Position numbers and translations under genes: made by a program
From: a virus
Direction: 5' to 3' (one strand)
IMG/VR virus record: IMGVR_UViG_3300044730_000313
Span: 32,001-96,000 of that record
Length of the DNA: 64,000 nucleotides
The notes under the pieces: generated by a model
Told to the model about the DNA's origin: nothing
What the model saw: only the letters and a program-made list of their open reading frames with translations
The model's database searches: none
Shown here: positions 30,360-38,856 of the stretch, one piece after another
Layout: the number at the start of each line of letters is the position of its first letter
Numbering within the stretch: position 1 is the first letter of the stretch

Positions 30360-31087
30360 TATCTAGTGTTTGGAACGTTGGGCGCTTGACCATCAACTCC
30401 ATCACTTGTAATGTCTGTCTTCAATTTGAAGTAGGTGGATAGTAACTTCTGGGAAGTTAACTCTAGCACTTGCTTCTCTAGGTAACCAGGAACAGGGGAC
30501 TCTTTGTCAAGAGGATTCTTGCAGAGCTCTTCTGTTGTATATTCTGGGCTACCACAGCCACACTCTGGGAACATAATGGAATTAGGAACATCCTCCTCGA
30601 ACAAAGCAACAAGTCTGATGGCTTTCAGAAGGGGGTTATTCACATACAGATATCCATTAGTAATCCAGTAGTATTCTTCCTTCTTGATGATAGGAAGCTT
30701 AAGCAAGTTAATATATCTATTGATGGTTATTTCTTTTAGCTTCTTTCCCTGACCACTCATTGCATTAATTGAGTATACACCCTGGATAACATACTGATAG
30801 TTACCCTCTGTGATGCGGGGAAGCTTGAACTTAGTTCTAGCTACAGAACAAGGATCAGAATATTCACAACATTCAGAAATAGGAACTTCCACCATCTCCA
30901 AACAGGGAATGGTCGTGAACACTGTATCAGTAGCCCAAAGCTTCCTCAGATTAGTCTCACGTTTGATAAGGAGGAAGGCATTGTTCTTAATCTCAGACAT
31001 GACAGCCCTATCCGTGATCAAGTTGTCTGTAGACAGCAACTTATGCATAGAGCGCACATCTGAAACTAATTTCCTAAAAGTTGACAT
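30359..31087 (-). CDS. Tail ring protein
   Basis: Size, position and TIPCLEM...YYWITNGYLY motifs. Confidence 0.6.
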   Translation of the reverse strand: MSTFRKLVSDVRSMHKLLSTDNLITDRAVMSEIKNNAFLLIKRETNLRKLWATDTVFTTIPCLEMVEVPISECCEYSDPCSVARTKFKLPRITEGNYQYVIQGVYSINAMSGQGKKLKEITINRYINLLKLPIIKKEEYYWITNGYLYVNNPLLKAIRLVALFEEDVPNSIMFPECGCGSPEYTTEELCKNPLDKESPVPGYLEKQVLELTSQKLLSTYFKLKTDITSDGVDGQAPNVPNTR

Positions 31088-32337
31088 TATAAATACTGTT
31101 TGAATATGTTTGTTATTCCATAATCAAAGTCTATGAGGAATCCAGTCACTTCACCTTTAGCTATTGTGTAGCCATTCTTATCATCCCAACCACTCTTGGC
31201 TGTAGAGAAAGCAGGAAGCTGGAAGAACTTAATACCGTTAAAATCCAAGCTCACCTCGTGGTGTTTATCTCCTGTGAAGATGTAGAAGTTATCATGGTCA
31301 GACCATGCTTCTTTATATTCCATAGGAAATAGACCAGCTAGTTTGGCAGGTTTCAAAGCATCCCCATGATTGAACATCATGGCTGAGCTTCCGTAGCTAA
31401 CATACTTCCTATATCTAGGAGAGATGTCAAAGGACACACGGTTTTCATTTCTGAAATAGATTTCTAACCAGCTAGCCAAGTGCCATCCTACAAACTCATC
31501 GTGGTTACCAGCTACAAATATCACCTCCACATCACCACCTCTTTGAAGAAGTAGGTTTATTACATTCACCTCATGATCACATATTGCCTGAAAAGCAGTG
31601 TGATAGGAAAGGATGTTCTGCTGAGGTGTACCCTTTGTAGTGGTGTTTGTGAACTCACTGTTGAATTCGTCAGACCCAATTATGTATTTAATTTCTGTAA
31701 CGTTGTTAGAAAGAATGGCTTGGTTAAGAATTGTTTCCACTTTTTGAATATAGGTGGCAAATCTTTCCAAAATATCATTGTTTCCTTCTATATCTAGCTT
31801 GTTCAGGTGGGAGTCCTGTTTATTAATTACCAAACAAGCATTTGCTTTAGACAGCTCAAATCTAGGACCAATTATCTCAGGAGATACTGGTTGGTAGGTC
31901 TCTAAAAACGAAATGAACGAGTCTTGGAAAACTTGTTCATTCTTCTTCTTACCCAACCAGGCTTTCACCTGGTAATAAGGGTGTTCAACATTTCCCCAGT
32001 AGTTTTGGACGTATTTAGTTATCTCCCACTTGTCCGTATCAATCTTACACTTTTCAATCAGGTCCTCTAAACTCTTAATCTCTTCCTTGGTGTTTACCAC
32101 TATCTCACCTGTCCCTTTCTGCACATCCTCAATAAACCTAACAATTGTGTCTTCTAGCTCTCCAATATAGTTTCCAATCTCTGCCTCATTTTCCACAGTT
32201 TCTACGTTTCTGAGTTCTCGCATCAACGTATCCACCTCATCCTCTGTAATGTTTAGTTTCTCTGCATAGAACTTCTTGCTCTTTTTCCAGTGTAGCATTT
32301 GCTCCATCTGGTGCAGAAGGGATTGATTTTCAGGCAT
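31087..32337 (-). CDS. Calcineurin-like metallophosphoesterase with N-terminal extension
   Basis: QDSH, GSD, AGNHD, NHGD and GDKHH motifs in the expected order. Confidence 0.8.
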   Translation of the reverse strand: MPENQSLLHQMEQMLHWKKSKKFYAEKLNITEDEVDTLMRELRNVETVENEAEIGNYIGELEDTIVRFIEDVQKGTGEIVVNTKEEIKSLEDLIEKCKIDTDKWEITKYVQNYWGNVEHPYYQVKAWLGKKKNEQVFQDSFISFLETYQPVSPEIIGPRFELSKANACLVINKQDSHLNKLDIEGNNDILERFATYIQKVETILNQAILSNNVTEIKYIIGSDEFNSEFTNTTTKGTPQQNILSYHTAFQAICDHEVNVINLLLQRGGDVEVIFVAGNHDEFVGWHLASWLEIYFRNENRVSFDISPRYRKYVSYGSSAMMFNHGDALKPAKLAGLFPMEYKEAWSDHDNFYIFTGDKHHEVSLDFNGIKFFQLPAFSTAKSGWDDKNGYTIAKGEVTGFLIDFDYGITNIFKQYL

Positions 32338-32365
32338 TTATGATTTAGTTTAGTTAAAATTGCCA

Positions 32366-32397
32366 TAAAGGTACGAAACTTTTTGATATTTTCCAAA
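32366..32397 (-). promoter_or_regulatory. Bacteroidota-type promoter TTTG-N20-TACCTTTA
   Basis: Consensus match just upstream of the phosphoesterase gene. Confidence 0.65.
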
Positions 32398-32403
32398 TTA
32401 TTT

Positions 32404-32440
32404 TAACCACTTAGGTTAGTGTGGATAACCAAGTTAGTTA
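32404..32440. promoter_or_regulatory. TAAC-N7-GTTA-N7-TAAC-N7-GTTA operator-like array
   Basis: TAACCACTTAGGTTA (32404-32418) and TAACCAAGTTAGTTA (32426-32440). Confidence 0.6.
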
Positions 32441-32444
32441 TAAA

Positions 32445-32477
32445 TAAAAAACTCCCAGGGGTAGAAACCCCCAGGAG
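32445..32477 (-). terminator. Intrinsic terminator after the tail-fibre/decoration cluster
   Basis: Minus strand CTCCTGGGGG-TTTCTA-CCCCTGGGAG followed by a T run. Confidence 0.75.
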
Positions 32478-32515
32478 AAAGCCCTGAAAACCAACAAACA
32501 GGGTTTTTTAATACA

Positions 32516-33115
32516 TTATAGTCCGCAAGGTCCTGTAGGCGTTATGCTTCCACTTCCTCCAGTTTGAACAACTGTTCCAGTTTCTGCACATATAAATATA
32601 CCGCCTGCTCCTACAGTTTGTGTAAAGGGTTCACCAGCACATGATAACCATTCTATACTAATAGAGGGGGTACCAACCACATTATATTCTGTACAGTTTA
32701 AAGGAGTCTCTGTGGTTGTAGTTGTTGTAGTGGGTGGAACCTCTGTAGTGGTGCTGGTTGTTGTAGTGGATGATGTACTTGTTGTTGTAGTGGTGCTACT
32801 ACTAGTAGATGTAGTGGTAGACGTACTAGATGTAGTGCTAGTGGTGCTAGTGGTACTAGATGTGCTGGACGTAGTGGTAGTGGTTGTACACTCCTTATCA
32901 ATTACAATATCTATAAAGTTGGTACACAGAGGATTAGCAGACATCACTCTTATAATAGTGGTGCCATTGGGAACTAATGTGCTAGTGTAGCCAGCCAGAA
33001 GAGCTGCTTTACTCACCCCTGTTTCAAATGCTGATACAAACCCATCAACATCTGAGTAGAGGTTGAATGGGCCTGTATCAGTTCCAGCTGTCGTTAATGT
33101 TATTGTTACAATCAC
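32516..33115 (-). CDS. Putative virion decoration protein: GPF domain + long Thr/Ser stalk + Cys-rich domain (about 199 aa)
   Basis: Start reassigned to GTG at 33115, overlapping the upstream TGA (GTGA). The track's His/Asn-rich N-terminus is the off-frame reading of the upstream poly-Thr. Confidence 0.7.
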   Translation of the reverse strand: MIVTITLTTAGTDTGPFNLYSDVDGFVSAFETGVSKAALLAGYTSTLVPNGTTIIRVMSANPLCTNFIDIVIDKECTTTTTTSSTSSTTSTTSTTSSTSTTTSTSSSTTTTTSTSSTTTTSTTTEVPPTTTTTTTETPLNCTEYNVVGTPSISIEWLSCAGEPFTQTVGAGGIFICAETGTVVQTGGSGSITPTGPCGL

Positions 33116-33672
33116 AATAGTGTAGTGGTTGTTGTGGTGGTTGGCAGTAGAGTGGTAGTGGTAGTTGTTGTTGTGGGACAAGCTCCTATATTAGCAGAAG
33201 ATACTCCTGGTAAAGGAGGAACTACCAATGTACCTGTACAAGCACAAACATAAATAGTACTAAAGCTACTCACTACAGCAGTTCTATAAGCACCACCACA
33301 AGCATAGTAATTAATGTTTACGGGAGTGATAGTGTTGTTAGTGATGGAGTAGAAATTACAAGAAGGACAAAGAATTGTTGTTGTACTGGTGGTAGTTGAA
33401 CTTGTAGATGTAGAAGTGGTAGTTGTGCAACAGATACCTAAAGCAGTTGACAAACTATCAATCTGATCTTGTAGGTCACAAATCTTTTCATCTACCTTCT
33501 GAAGAGCTACTGATAGGTTATTGCATGTAGCAATTCCTGTACAAGAAAGATTGGGACCACTGTACACAACTGATTGACTACCAATAGGTTGTGCTGAGCA
33601 GGGATCGTTTCCTCCACAAGGGGTTACTATGGGCTCTGGCGTACAACAAGGGTTCTGAGGAACGTAATACAT
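33112..33672 (-). CDS. Short tail-fibre-like protein with Thr stalks and Cys-rich domain
   Basis: N-terminal VVYSGPNLSCTGI...LSVALQKVD resembles VRYTGIDVPILGI...LSYVEQAL of the 373-aa fibre; coiled coil; two Thr runs. Confidence 0.6.
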   Translation of the reverse strand: MYYVPQNPCCTPEPIVTPCGGNDPCSAQPIGSQSVVYSGPNLSCTGIATCNNLSVALQKVDEKICDLQDQIDSLSTALGICCTTTTSTSTSSTTTSTTTILCPSCNFYSITNNTITPVNINYYACGGAYRTAVVSSFSTIYVCACTGTLVVPPLPGVSSANIGACPTTTTTTTTLLPTTTTTTTLL

Positions 33673-33692
33673 TATATGATGATTTTAAGCTA

Positions 33693-34814
33693 TTAAGGAA
33701 TATACATGATGTAGTAACAACCAAGACCAGGTTGGAAATTAGAGTGAGCTAATCCTCCTCCTGTAGAAGAAATTGCTTTATCAATAATGGTGATGCCAGT
33801 TGTTTTAGAGTTAGTGATTCCAATATCAGCAGTTCCCGCTGCACCAGCTAAAGAGTAACTAGTGTTACCTCCGTAGGTTGCAGTTTGAGCTAAAGGAGTA
33901 GTTGGTGTAAGAGTTACCTGACCACCAGAAAGCGTTGTAAAATGCGTGTGTCCAGGATCACTAATTTTAGGATCTGTCGTATGTGTGTGAGCAGGAATTT
34001 GAGCAGTGGTGAGTATCACTGTGTTAGAACCAGCTGTTCCTAGTAATGTATAAGTAGGATTTCCAGCAATCGTAGGATCAACAGCAGGATTTAGGGGTCC
34101 TCCAGCCATGCCTGTTGTAGCACCAACTGGCACACGTCCTCTTTTATCAGGGGTGCCATTTAAACCATTACAAAGATAGATTTTATCCCATGCTCCAAGA
34201 CCTTTACCAGTGTTGTCAAAATTACCAGGTATTGTACCATAGTATTCAACAACAGTGAAAGGCACCATTCTATCCTTGTAGGAAGTAGGAGGAGCAGGTG
34301 GTGTACAAGCTGCCACTAATGCACAGAGCTCTGATTTCTTTACATAGTTGGTTTGAACATCTAATACAAATGCGTTGAAGTCAACAATGTGTGCACAAAG
34401 CTTTGTAATCACTGCCTGAAGGATGGCATGTGTTCCAGAGGTTGATGTTACGCCTGTAAGACATCCAATTGTATAGGGTCCTTCTAGAGCAACAAATTTG
34501 TTTTCTACAACAACTAGTCTTGCATCAAGCTCACATACAGCTTTAATAATAGCACTAATTACATTAGGAAGTGAGAGGTCCTGACACTCTACTAGGTTTT
34601 TATTTACGATGTTACATATAATGGTGGGGTTAATCTCAAGGATAATCCCTGTACCGTTAAGCGTAGATGTGAGAAACTCAATCAGTGCTTGCTCTACATA
34701 AGATAGAGAGTCACCATTTTTGATTCCCAGAATGGGAACATCTATTCCTGTATATCTAACGCATTGATCTGATACAATCTCTGCGCATCCGTTAAAACAA
34801 TTAGAACAAGACAT
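33693..34814 (-). CDS. Tail fibre protein with tail-collar domain
   Basis: YLCNGLNGTPDKRGRVPVG collar motif; LTTAQIPAHTH...DPGHTH...GGGLAHSN.QP...YYIM C-terminus. Confidence 0.8.
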   Translation of the reverse strand: MSCSNCFNGCAEIVSDQCVRYTGIDVPILGIKNGDSLSYVEQALIEFLTSTLNGTGIILEINPTIICNIVNKNLVECQDLSLPNVISAIIKAVCELDARLVVVENKFVALEGPYTIGCLTGVTSTSGTHAILQAVITKLCAHIVDFNAFVLDVQTNYVKKSELCALVAACTPPAPPTSYKDRMVPFTVVEYYGTIPGNFDNTGKGLGAWDKIYLCNGLNGTPDKRGRVPVGATTGMAGGPLNPAVDPTIAGNPTYTLLGTAGSNTVILTTAQIPAHTHTTDPKISDPGHTHFTTLSGGQVTLTPTTPLAQTATYGGNTSYSLAGAAGTADIGITNSKTTGITIIDKAISSTGGGLAHSNFQPGLGCYYIMYIP

Positions 34815-35081
34815 TTATTTAGATTTTAGAATTTTAACTCTGCTTGCAATCATGTTTACAGTGAATGCAGCGGCATAATTTGGATTACAAAGTTTGTAAA
34901 CAAGTATTCTCCTGTAGTTGAGCAAGTCTAACATTGCTCCTCCAGGTATAGGTTGGTTCAGAATGTAAACAATATTGTTGTATAGATTACCTGCTAGATT
35001 GGCTAGCTTACAATCTATTTCAGCAATAAGTGCTGGAATACTAGCACATTCTGGACAATGCGTAAGCCTTGGTGATAACAT
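34815..35081 (-). CDS. Small structural (tail hub-like) protein
   Basis: 88-aa ORF tightly packed in the structural operon. Confidence 0.5.
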   Translation of the reverse strand: MLSPRLTHCPECASIPALIAEIDCKLANLAGNLYNNIVYILNQPIPGGAMLDLLNYRRILVYKLCNPNYAAAFTVNMIASRVKILKSK

Positions 35082-35193
35082 TTGTTATAATTTTTCGTCC
35101 TTGTTTAGTAGCTGCATTACACAGTCCACAAAGACCGTTTATCAATTGACACCCACATCCAACGTTAGCTCCGCAGTTTCTGCACTTAGCCAT
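35041..35193 (-). CDS. Small Cys-rich protein (50 aa), not in the ORF track
   Basis: MAKCRNCGANVGCGCQLINGLCGLCNAATKQGRKIITNVITKAYALSRMC; ATG 1 nt after the upstream stop. Confidence 0.65.
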   Translation of the reverse strand: MAKCRNCGANVGCGCQLINGLCGLCNAATKQGRKIITNVITKAYALSRMC

Positions 35194-35194
35194 A

Positions 35195-35758
35195 TTAGTA
35201 GAAGTTTATTACGTAGTTATTTCCAGAACATCCACAATTGTTTTTGAGGAAGTTATTAAGCATCATGTCAGCTTGATTGTACAACTTCATAGCTTCATCT
35301 ACAGCACAGTTGTTAGCAGCAGCTATAGAACCCTGTATAAAGAAATAGATGGTAGTGAGATCCACCTTTGCTTGTGTTTTGATTGCTCTATCACATTCCA
35401 TCATATCAAGCTTCATGAACGCATTGTCAAACTTCTCCTGTAGCTTTTCCACACGCATAATAGACTTCTCTACAAAGTTGATGTATGCAGGGGCTACAGA
35501 ATACCTCAAACGATAAACCCCGTCAGGTAGTGGTTGGTCCACTCCTACAGGGCTCAGTCCTAGGTTTGATGTTGTGAATACATTAAAGTCGTTAACACTG
35601 AACGGTTTAACTACCACTCCAAAACCAGGAACATTAATCTCAATCGTTGCTCCAGAAACAACAGGTGGGTCCGTGGGATATACAGACGCATCAGCAACTC
35701 CTAGTGTTTGTACATTGTATGTAGGAATCACCAATATGTCTAGTTTCAAGTCTGCCAT
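35195..35758 (-). CDS. Structural (tail hub-like) protein
   Basis: LPDGVYRLRYSV Ig-like motif plus helical C-terminus; crAss-like position. Confidence 0.55.
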   Translation of the reverse strand: MADLKLDILVIPTYNVQTLGVADASVYPTDPPVVSGATIEINVPGFGVVVKPFSVNDFNVFTTSNLGLSPVGVDQPLPDGVYRLRYSVAPAYINFVEKSIMRVEKLQEKFDNAFMKLDMMECDRAIKTQAKVDLTTIYFFIQGSIAAANNCAVDEAMKLYNQADMMLNNFLKNNCGCSGNNYVINFY

Positions 35759-35763
35759 GTTGT

Positions 35764-35816
35764 TTTAAATAAATAAGCCAGAGGATCTGAGTTTTAATCC
35801 TCTCACCTCTGGCTTA
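35764..35816 (-). terminator. Hairpin/terminator after the auxiliary capsid gene
   Basis: TAAGCCAGAGG (35774-35784) / CCTCTGGCTTA (35806-35816) inverted repeat, followed by T-rich sequence on the minus strand. Confidence 0.6.
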
Positions 35817-35850
35817 GGTTAATATAAATGTTTATATCTCTACCCTACTA

Positions 35851-37041
35851 TTATGGGATTCTGGTTGTCGTACTAGTAGTAGTGGTAGTTGGGGTGGCAG
35901 TGGTAGTAGATGTAGTGGTGATACAAGAGTTATCAGCAGTTACAGTACCAAGACCAGCCTCAAGAACATCCTCAATCAATCCACCAATAGGGTTAGCAGA
36001 ACCATTAGTTTGAGTTTGAGGAGTAGCAATGATTACAGTGCTATCTTCCATGATGTAGTCACCCCACTGGTAAGCAGACTTGTTATACTCGTTGAACTTG
36101 ATGTAATAAGTATCGTAGGTAGTACCATCAGATACCCAGCTCTCGAAGTTCTCGTTATAACCATTCATTCTGTAGAGGTGCTTCAAATATCCAGCTTGAT
36201 AGCTGTAGAAGTTCTTCTCCAGTTGAGCAATCTCAGCAGAAGTACCAACAGCGTAAGAAGAACGCTGAATGATTACAGGAACTGCTGAAATGTTACAAGC
36301 ATCAGCTACGATGAAGTCAGCTGTGGTTGCAGGTCCATTGATAATGAACGTACGGAACCACATGCGGTCATACTCGAAAGGAAATGCTGCCACATCACAA
36401 GGCTGGCCATATTTGGTAAGAGGCTTACCAGTGATACGGAGAACAGCGTTTTGGTTGTTACCAATTCTCTGGAACTCATAGAAGTCAGAGAATGTGATGT
36501 TGTCAGGATTGTTTCCAGGAGCTTGCAACAAGAAATGATAGATGATGTCATCAATCAAAGCAGGTACATCAACAATATCACAAGGATCACCACCACACTC
36601 GCAACAAGGAGCTTGTACGGTTACTGAACGAGTGAAACCATTGAAATACAGGGTATCCAGGTAGCTAGAGTGAGCACGCAGAGTTACGGTGATAACATCA
36701 CCACACTGTACGTTCCACTGTCCAACTTCTGTAATTTGAGTTACAGGTGTAGGACATCCAACCACTTTGTACCACTCAGTTACGTTGCTGTTGCAACCAG
36801 ATCCTGAAGGACAACCTTTAATCTTATCAGAACGCTTAGAGCCTTGCAGATAAGTATTAGTACGGCCCTGCGCAATATAGAAATAGGGAGCAGCGGCAAT
36901 ATTGCCAACTGTGGCAAGGGTGTAGTCATTTCTGAAGATACCCACTTGACCAGCGCTCAAGTTTTGCGTAGATCCAGAGCTAGGGAGCGCAGTTTGCCCT
37001 ACTGGTACTACGAAGAGCGTAGTTAATGAAAAATCAGCCAT
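35851..37041 (-). CDS. Auxiliary capsid/structural protein with C-terminal poly-Thr tail
   Basis: Third gene after MCP in the conserved crAss block; ends CITTTSTTTATPTTTTTSTTTRIP. Confidence 0.6.
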   Translation of the reverse strand: MADFSLTTLFVVPVGQTALPSSGSTQNLSAGQVGIFRNDYTLATVGNIAAAPYFYIAQGRTNTYLQGSKRSDKIKGCPSGSGCNSNVTEWYKVVGCPTPVTQITEVGQWNVQCGDVITVTLRAHSSYLDTLYFNGFTRSVTVQAPCCECGGDPCDIVDVPALIDDIIYHFLLQAPGNNPDNITFSDFYEFQRIGNNQNAVLRITGKPLTKYGQPCDVAAFPFEYDRMWFRTFIINGPATTADFIVADACNISAVPVIIQRSSYAVGTSAEIAQLEKNFYSYQAGYLKHLYRMNGYNENFESWVSDGTTYDTYYIKFNEYNKSAYQWGDYIMEDSTVIIATPQTQTNGSANPIGGLIEDVLEAGLGTVTADNSCITTTSTTTATPTTTTTSTTTRIP

Positions 37042-37069
37042 TTTGTTTTATTTTAGGTGATTAAAAAAT

Positions 37070-37801
37070 CTATTCGTTTGTTTGAATTCTGTATATCGAG
37101 TTTTGTACAGCAGATTGATTCTCAGTGTACATTGCAAGGTTTTGTACTGTTAAGTCTAACAGTTCATCCTCCAGATATAGTTCAAGTTCGCAGTCTTGAT
37201 CAAATGATGGTTGGCCATCTAGCATTACATATCCTGTCTTATTAATATATACAGGGTAACGCATATAGGACATATATATCTTACTTGGAGTGAAGGTACC
37301 ATCTGTGAAGATGGATATTTCATCTGTCGAAAGGAAGTTGAAAGTCTCTTGATATTCAAAAGAAGGCTTGTAGTGAGTGTTATTCAGGATGAACTGAAGG
37401 TCACCGTGTTTAGCCAAGTCTCTGTTAATCCAGATTTTTCTGTCCTTACACACCCCTTTGTCAGCCAGTACATATGCATCAATATAGAACATATACTTTG
37501 GAACAAGGAGATGTATATTAGCAAACCATTGATTTAGTTCAGCGTTCTTAAGAGTGAGATCAAGAGGTTGGTGGTTATAAGTGACCACTAAGCTTTGGAG
37601 GTCCTCGTAACGCTTCTTAAAAGCGTCAAGTCCCATCCCACTCACTACACTAAAACCATCAACCTTTTGTTTTATCAGCTTAATCTGGGCCTCATTGAGA
37701 GCCAGAATTTTATCTTCTAAGTTTATCTGCTGGTGTATGTTGGTCGATAGTTTATTTAGTTTTTGGTCAATCTTGTATAATAAACTATCTACTGGTATCA
37801 T
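37070..37801 (-). CDS. Ring/neck protein (crAss conserved gene)
   Basis: LNEAQ...GF...KRYEDLQSL and Y.RYP...CEL motifs; second gene after MCP. Confidence 0.65.
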   Translation of the reverse strand: MIPVDSLLYKIDQKLNKLSTNIHQQINLEDKILALNEAQIKLIKQKVDGFSVVSGMGLDAFKKRYEDLQSLVVTYNHQPLDLTLKNAELNQWFANIHLLVPKYMFYIDAYVLADKGVCKDRKIWINRDLAKHGDLQFILNNTHYKPSFEYQETFNFLSTDEISIFTDGTFTPSKIYMSYMRYPVYINKTGYVMLDGQPSFDQDCELELYLEDELLDLTVQNLAMYTENQSAVQNSIYRIQTNE

Positions 37802-38766
37802 ACTGCAGCTAATTTCTTAGATTTCAGCTTACCTTCGAGAGTGAGGAGCAAGTCCTGATTATCATCGTCAGCAAGCAATTTAATTAAATCATCTTCGTCC
37901 TTAGCTACTTCAAACTCACCCTCATAAATTTTACCATTTGGTCTTGCCCTATAGATTGAATGTGTGAGAGCTTGTTTCACTAAGTCTTTGATATGGAGTA
38001 AGTTATCCTTCATATCTGCGAAGCGTGTGAACACTTCGACAGGATTTAACCCTTGATACTTACCGTTCTTAAACTCGGTTTGTTTGAGGACATTGTCTAC
38101 AAGGTTGTAAACAGCTTCCTCCTTAGTATCATCAGTTACAGGTAATCCCAACAAGCGTGCCACTTTTCTTTTTCTCTCAGGAGTCATAGTGTCAAATTTG
38201 ACAATAGCCTTGTTGATAAGTTGCTTCTTCTTGAACATCACTGCGTTTTCAATATCCTCATCAGCCACATAAAACTGTGTATCTGCAGGATATTCACCAC
38301 GCTCCCAAGCTTGATAAGAGCTTGCAATTGTGGGGTGAACACGCAACCAAGAGAAGGCTATTTCCTGAAGAGGAATAGAAAGATCAAAGAAGTTGTCTCC
38401 ATCAAGCAGCTTTACAGGCTGAACGTGCAAAGTGTCATTTGTAGATGTGGACATTCCATAGTTCCAGAAACTAGAACGAGGACCTAGATCAACATCACCA
38501 AGAGCAGCTTGTAGCTTGTCTCTAAGTGCTGTTACACGCTCAGTCTCCATTTCTCTCTCTAGAGGATCAGAGATTCTGCGTATGTAAGCAGCATCAGGAT
38601 CAATACCTGTGCGATACTTACCATCAAGTTCTTTGTAAGGATACTTAAACACCCCTGTTCCAGGGATGCGTGTAAGTCCTCTTAAAGAAAGGCCACCTTG
38701 CATTGTTTGAAGTTGAGAGTTGTTATACTCCTTCTTAAGTGTTGAGATTTTACCTAACTTACCCAT
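37798..38766 (-). CDS. Conserved crAss-like protein following MCP
   Basis: Position; FW...V.L.DG...DL..P motif. Confidence 0.6.
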   Translation of the reverse strand: MGKLGKISTLKKEYNNSQLQTMQGGLSLRGLTRIPGTGVFKYPYKELDGKYRTGIDPDAAYIRRISDPLEREMETERVTALRDKLQAALGDVDLGPRSSFWNYGMSTSTNDTLHVQPVKLLDGDNFFDLSIPLQEIAFSWLRVHPTIASSYQAWERGEYPADTQFYVADEDIENAVMFKKKQLINKAIVKFDTMTPERKRKVARLLGLPVTDDTKEEAVYNLVDNVLKQTEFKNGKYQGLNPVEVFTRFADMKDNLLHIKDLVKQALTHSIYRARPNGKIYEGEFEVAKDEDDLIKLLADDDNQDLLLTLEGKLKSKKLAAV

Positions 38767-38791
38767 ATGTAGTTTATTTATTTGGTTTATT

Positions 38792-38852
38792 TGCAGAGAT
38801 GTGAGGTATGAACCTCATGGCAATTGGGAATTTCCCAATCCCCATCTCTGTA
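38792..38852 (-). ncRNA. tRNA-like three-way structure in the MCP 3' intergenic region
   Basis: CAGAGATG/CATCTCTG closing stem, ATTGGGA/TCCCAAT hairpin, TGAGG-TTCATA-CCTCA T-arm-like hairpin; not a canonical tRNA. Confidence 0.4.
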
Positions 38853-38856
38853 GTTT

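Noticed and set aside
32712-32990. Val-rich and Cys/Ser-rich plus-strand ORFs (also 24080-24340, 35828-36013)
   Set aside because: Antisense shadows of the Thr/Ser-rich coding tracts
33116-33181. His/Asn-rich N-terminus MSHNNNYHYH of the 221-aa track ORF, or a programmed frameshift fusion
   Set aside because: It is the off-frame reading of the upstream poly-Thr codons. A GTG overlapping the TGA gives a natural start, and no slippery heptamer was seen.
32516-34814. Diversity-generating retroelement targeting the tail fibres
   Set aside because: No reverse transcriptase and no TR/VR pair differing at adenines was found in the window
38792-38852. Canonical tRNA gene
   Set aside because: Only two internal arms, a 6-nt T-like loop and no CCA; kept only as a tRNA-like structure
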